Below are positions 26,549 to 27,007 of a stretch of DNA of 27,007 nt, in pieces. Each line of letters opens with the position of its first letter. Position 1 is the first letter of the stretch. The position numbers and the translations under genes are program-made. Below the pieces are notes generated by a model that made no database searches, was not told the origin of the DNA, and was given only the letters and a program-made list of their open reading frames with translations. This DNA is from an uncultured Desulfurococcales archaeon (GTDB lineage: Archaea; Thermoproteota; Thermoprotei_A; Sulfolobales; WANQ01): the NCBI GenBank assembly GCA_964415135.1, contig CAYPZO010000007.1, positions 1-27,007 on the forward strand, in the 5' to 3' direction.

Positions 26549-27007
26549 TTAAACCGAAGTCTTCTTTTCCAACGTTTCAAGTATTCTCTTAAGATATGGT
26601 GCTTCCTCAGTACCTTTGATAGCTTCGGTTATAACCTCATACACTCTCTCGGGATTAGGTACACCGTAGAGCATATAATAGCTTCTAGCCCTAGCAACCT
26701 TAACACCTCTTCCACCAGCAACTATAACACCAGCACCAACCCCCTTAGCAGCTCCAGCACCTACACCAACGTGCGCAGTATCTTCACCCAAACCTAGACC
26801 AGAACTCGATATGGGCACTATATTACCATAGTTAAATACCTTACCGAGTAATCCTTTCTCTAACACTAAGTCACTAATACGAGAATACAGTATTTCTCTA
26901 CGAACAGTCTTTAATCCATGATACTCTATTATTAACCCACGATCAGTGATAATGTACCTATGAGCTCTACGATGAAACTCCGCTCCAATAATACCCAATA
27001 CAGCTAT
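26549..27007 (-). CDS. Bacterial-PH-domain (bPH_2/YdbS-like) membrane-associated protein, 5' end outside the window
   Basis: Frame open to the right edge; RYIITDRGL, REILYSRISDL, GLLGKVFNYGNI and LYGVPNPERV match the bPH_2 pattern. Confidence 0.75.
   Translation of the reverse strand: MAVLGIIGAEFHRRAHRYIITDRGLIIEYHGLKTVRREILYSRISDLVLEKGLLGKVFNYGNIVPISSSGLGLGEDTAHVGVGAGAAKGVGAGVIVAGGRGVKVARARSYYMLYGVPNPERVYEVITEAIKGTEEAPYLKRILETLEKKTSV

Overview
Compact, AT-rich archaeal chromosomal window. Gene content and SD motifs (GGTGA/GAGGTG) point to an anaerobic Thermoproteota/Crenarchaeota-type organism; this is inference. Housekeeping genes: leuS, metG, AlaX-S, priL, mevalonate kinase, a thiolase + DUF35 pair, ribose-1,5-bisphosphate isomerase, uridine phosphorylase, HtpX, a GSA-aminomutase-like aminotransferase, a HAD phosphatase, an HD protein and a radical SAM enzyme. 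They are interspersed with orphan and membrane proteins and a stand-alone Cas4-like nuclease. No CRISPR array, tRNA, rRNA or mobile element was seen. Observations not shown by the ORF track: (1) a 317-aa 'hypothetical' that aligns end-to-end with the window's own mevalonate kinase but has lost its catalytic motifs and abuts the thiolase/DUF35 operon (candidate pseudo-kinase of the mevalonate pathway); (2) metG and leuS have conserved N-termini upstream of any in-frame ATG/GTG/TTG, implying non-canonical initiation or assembly errors; (3) three C/D box guide sRNAs, one with its D box overlapping a start codon and a guide matching tRNA G10; (4) a RadB-like protein with a dead Walker A fused to a winged helix; (5) a radical SAM gene followed in frame, after TAG, by 70 more coding-like codons. 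All calls are by-eye motif recognition; no searches were run.
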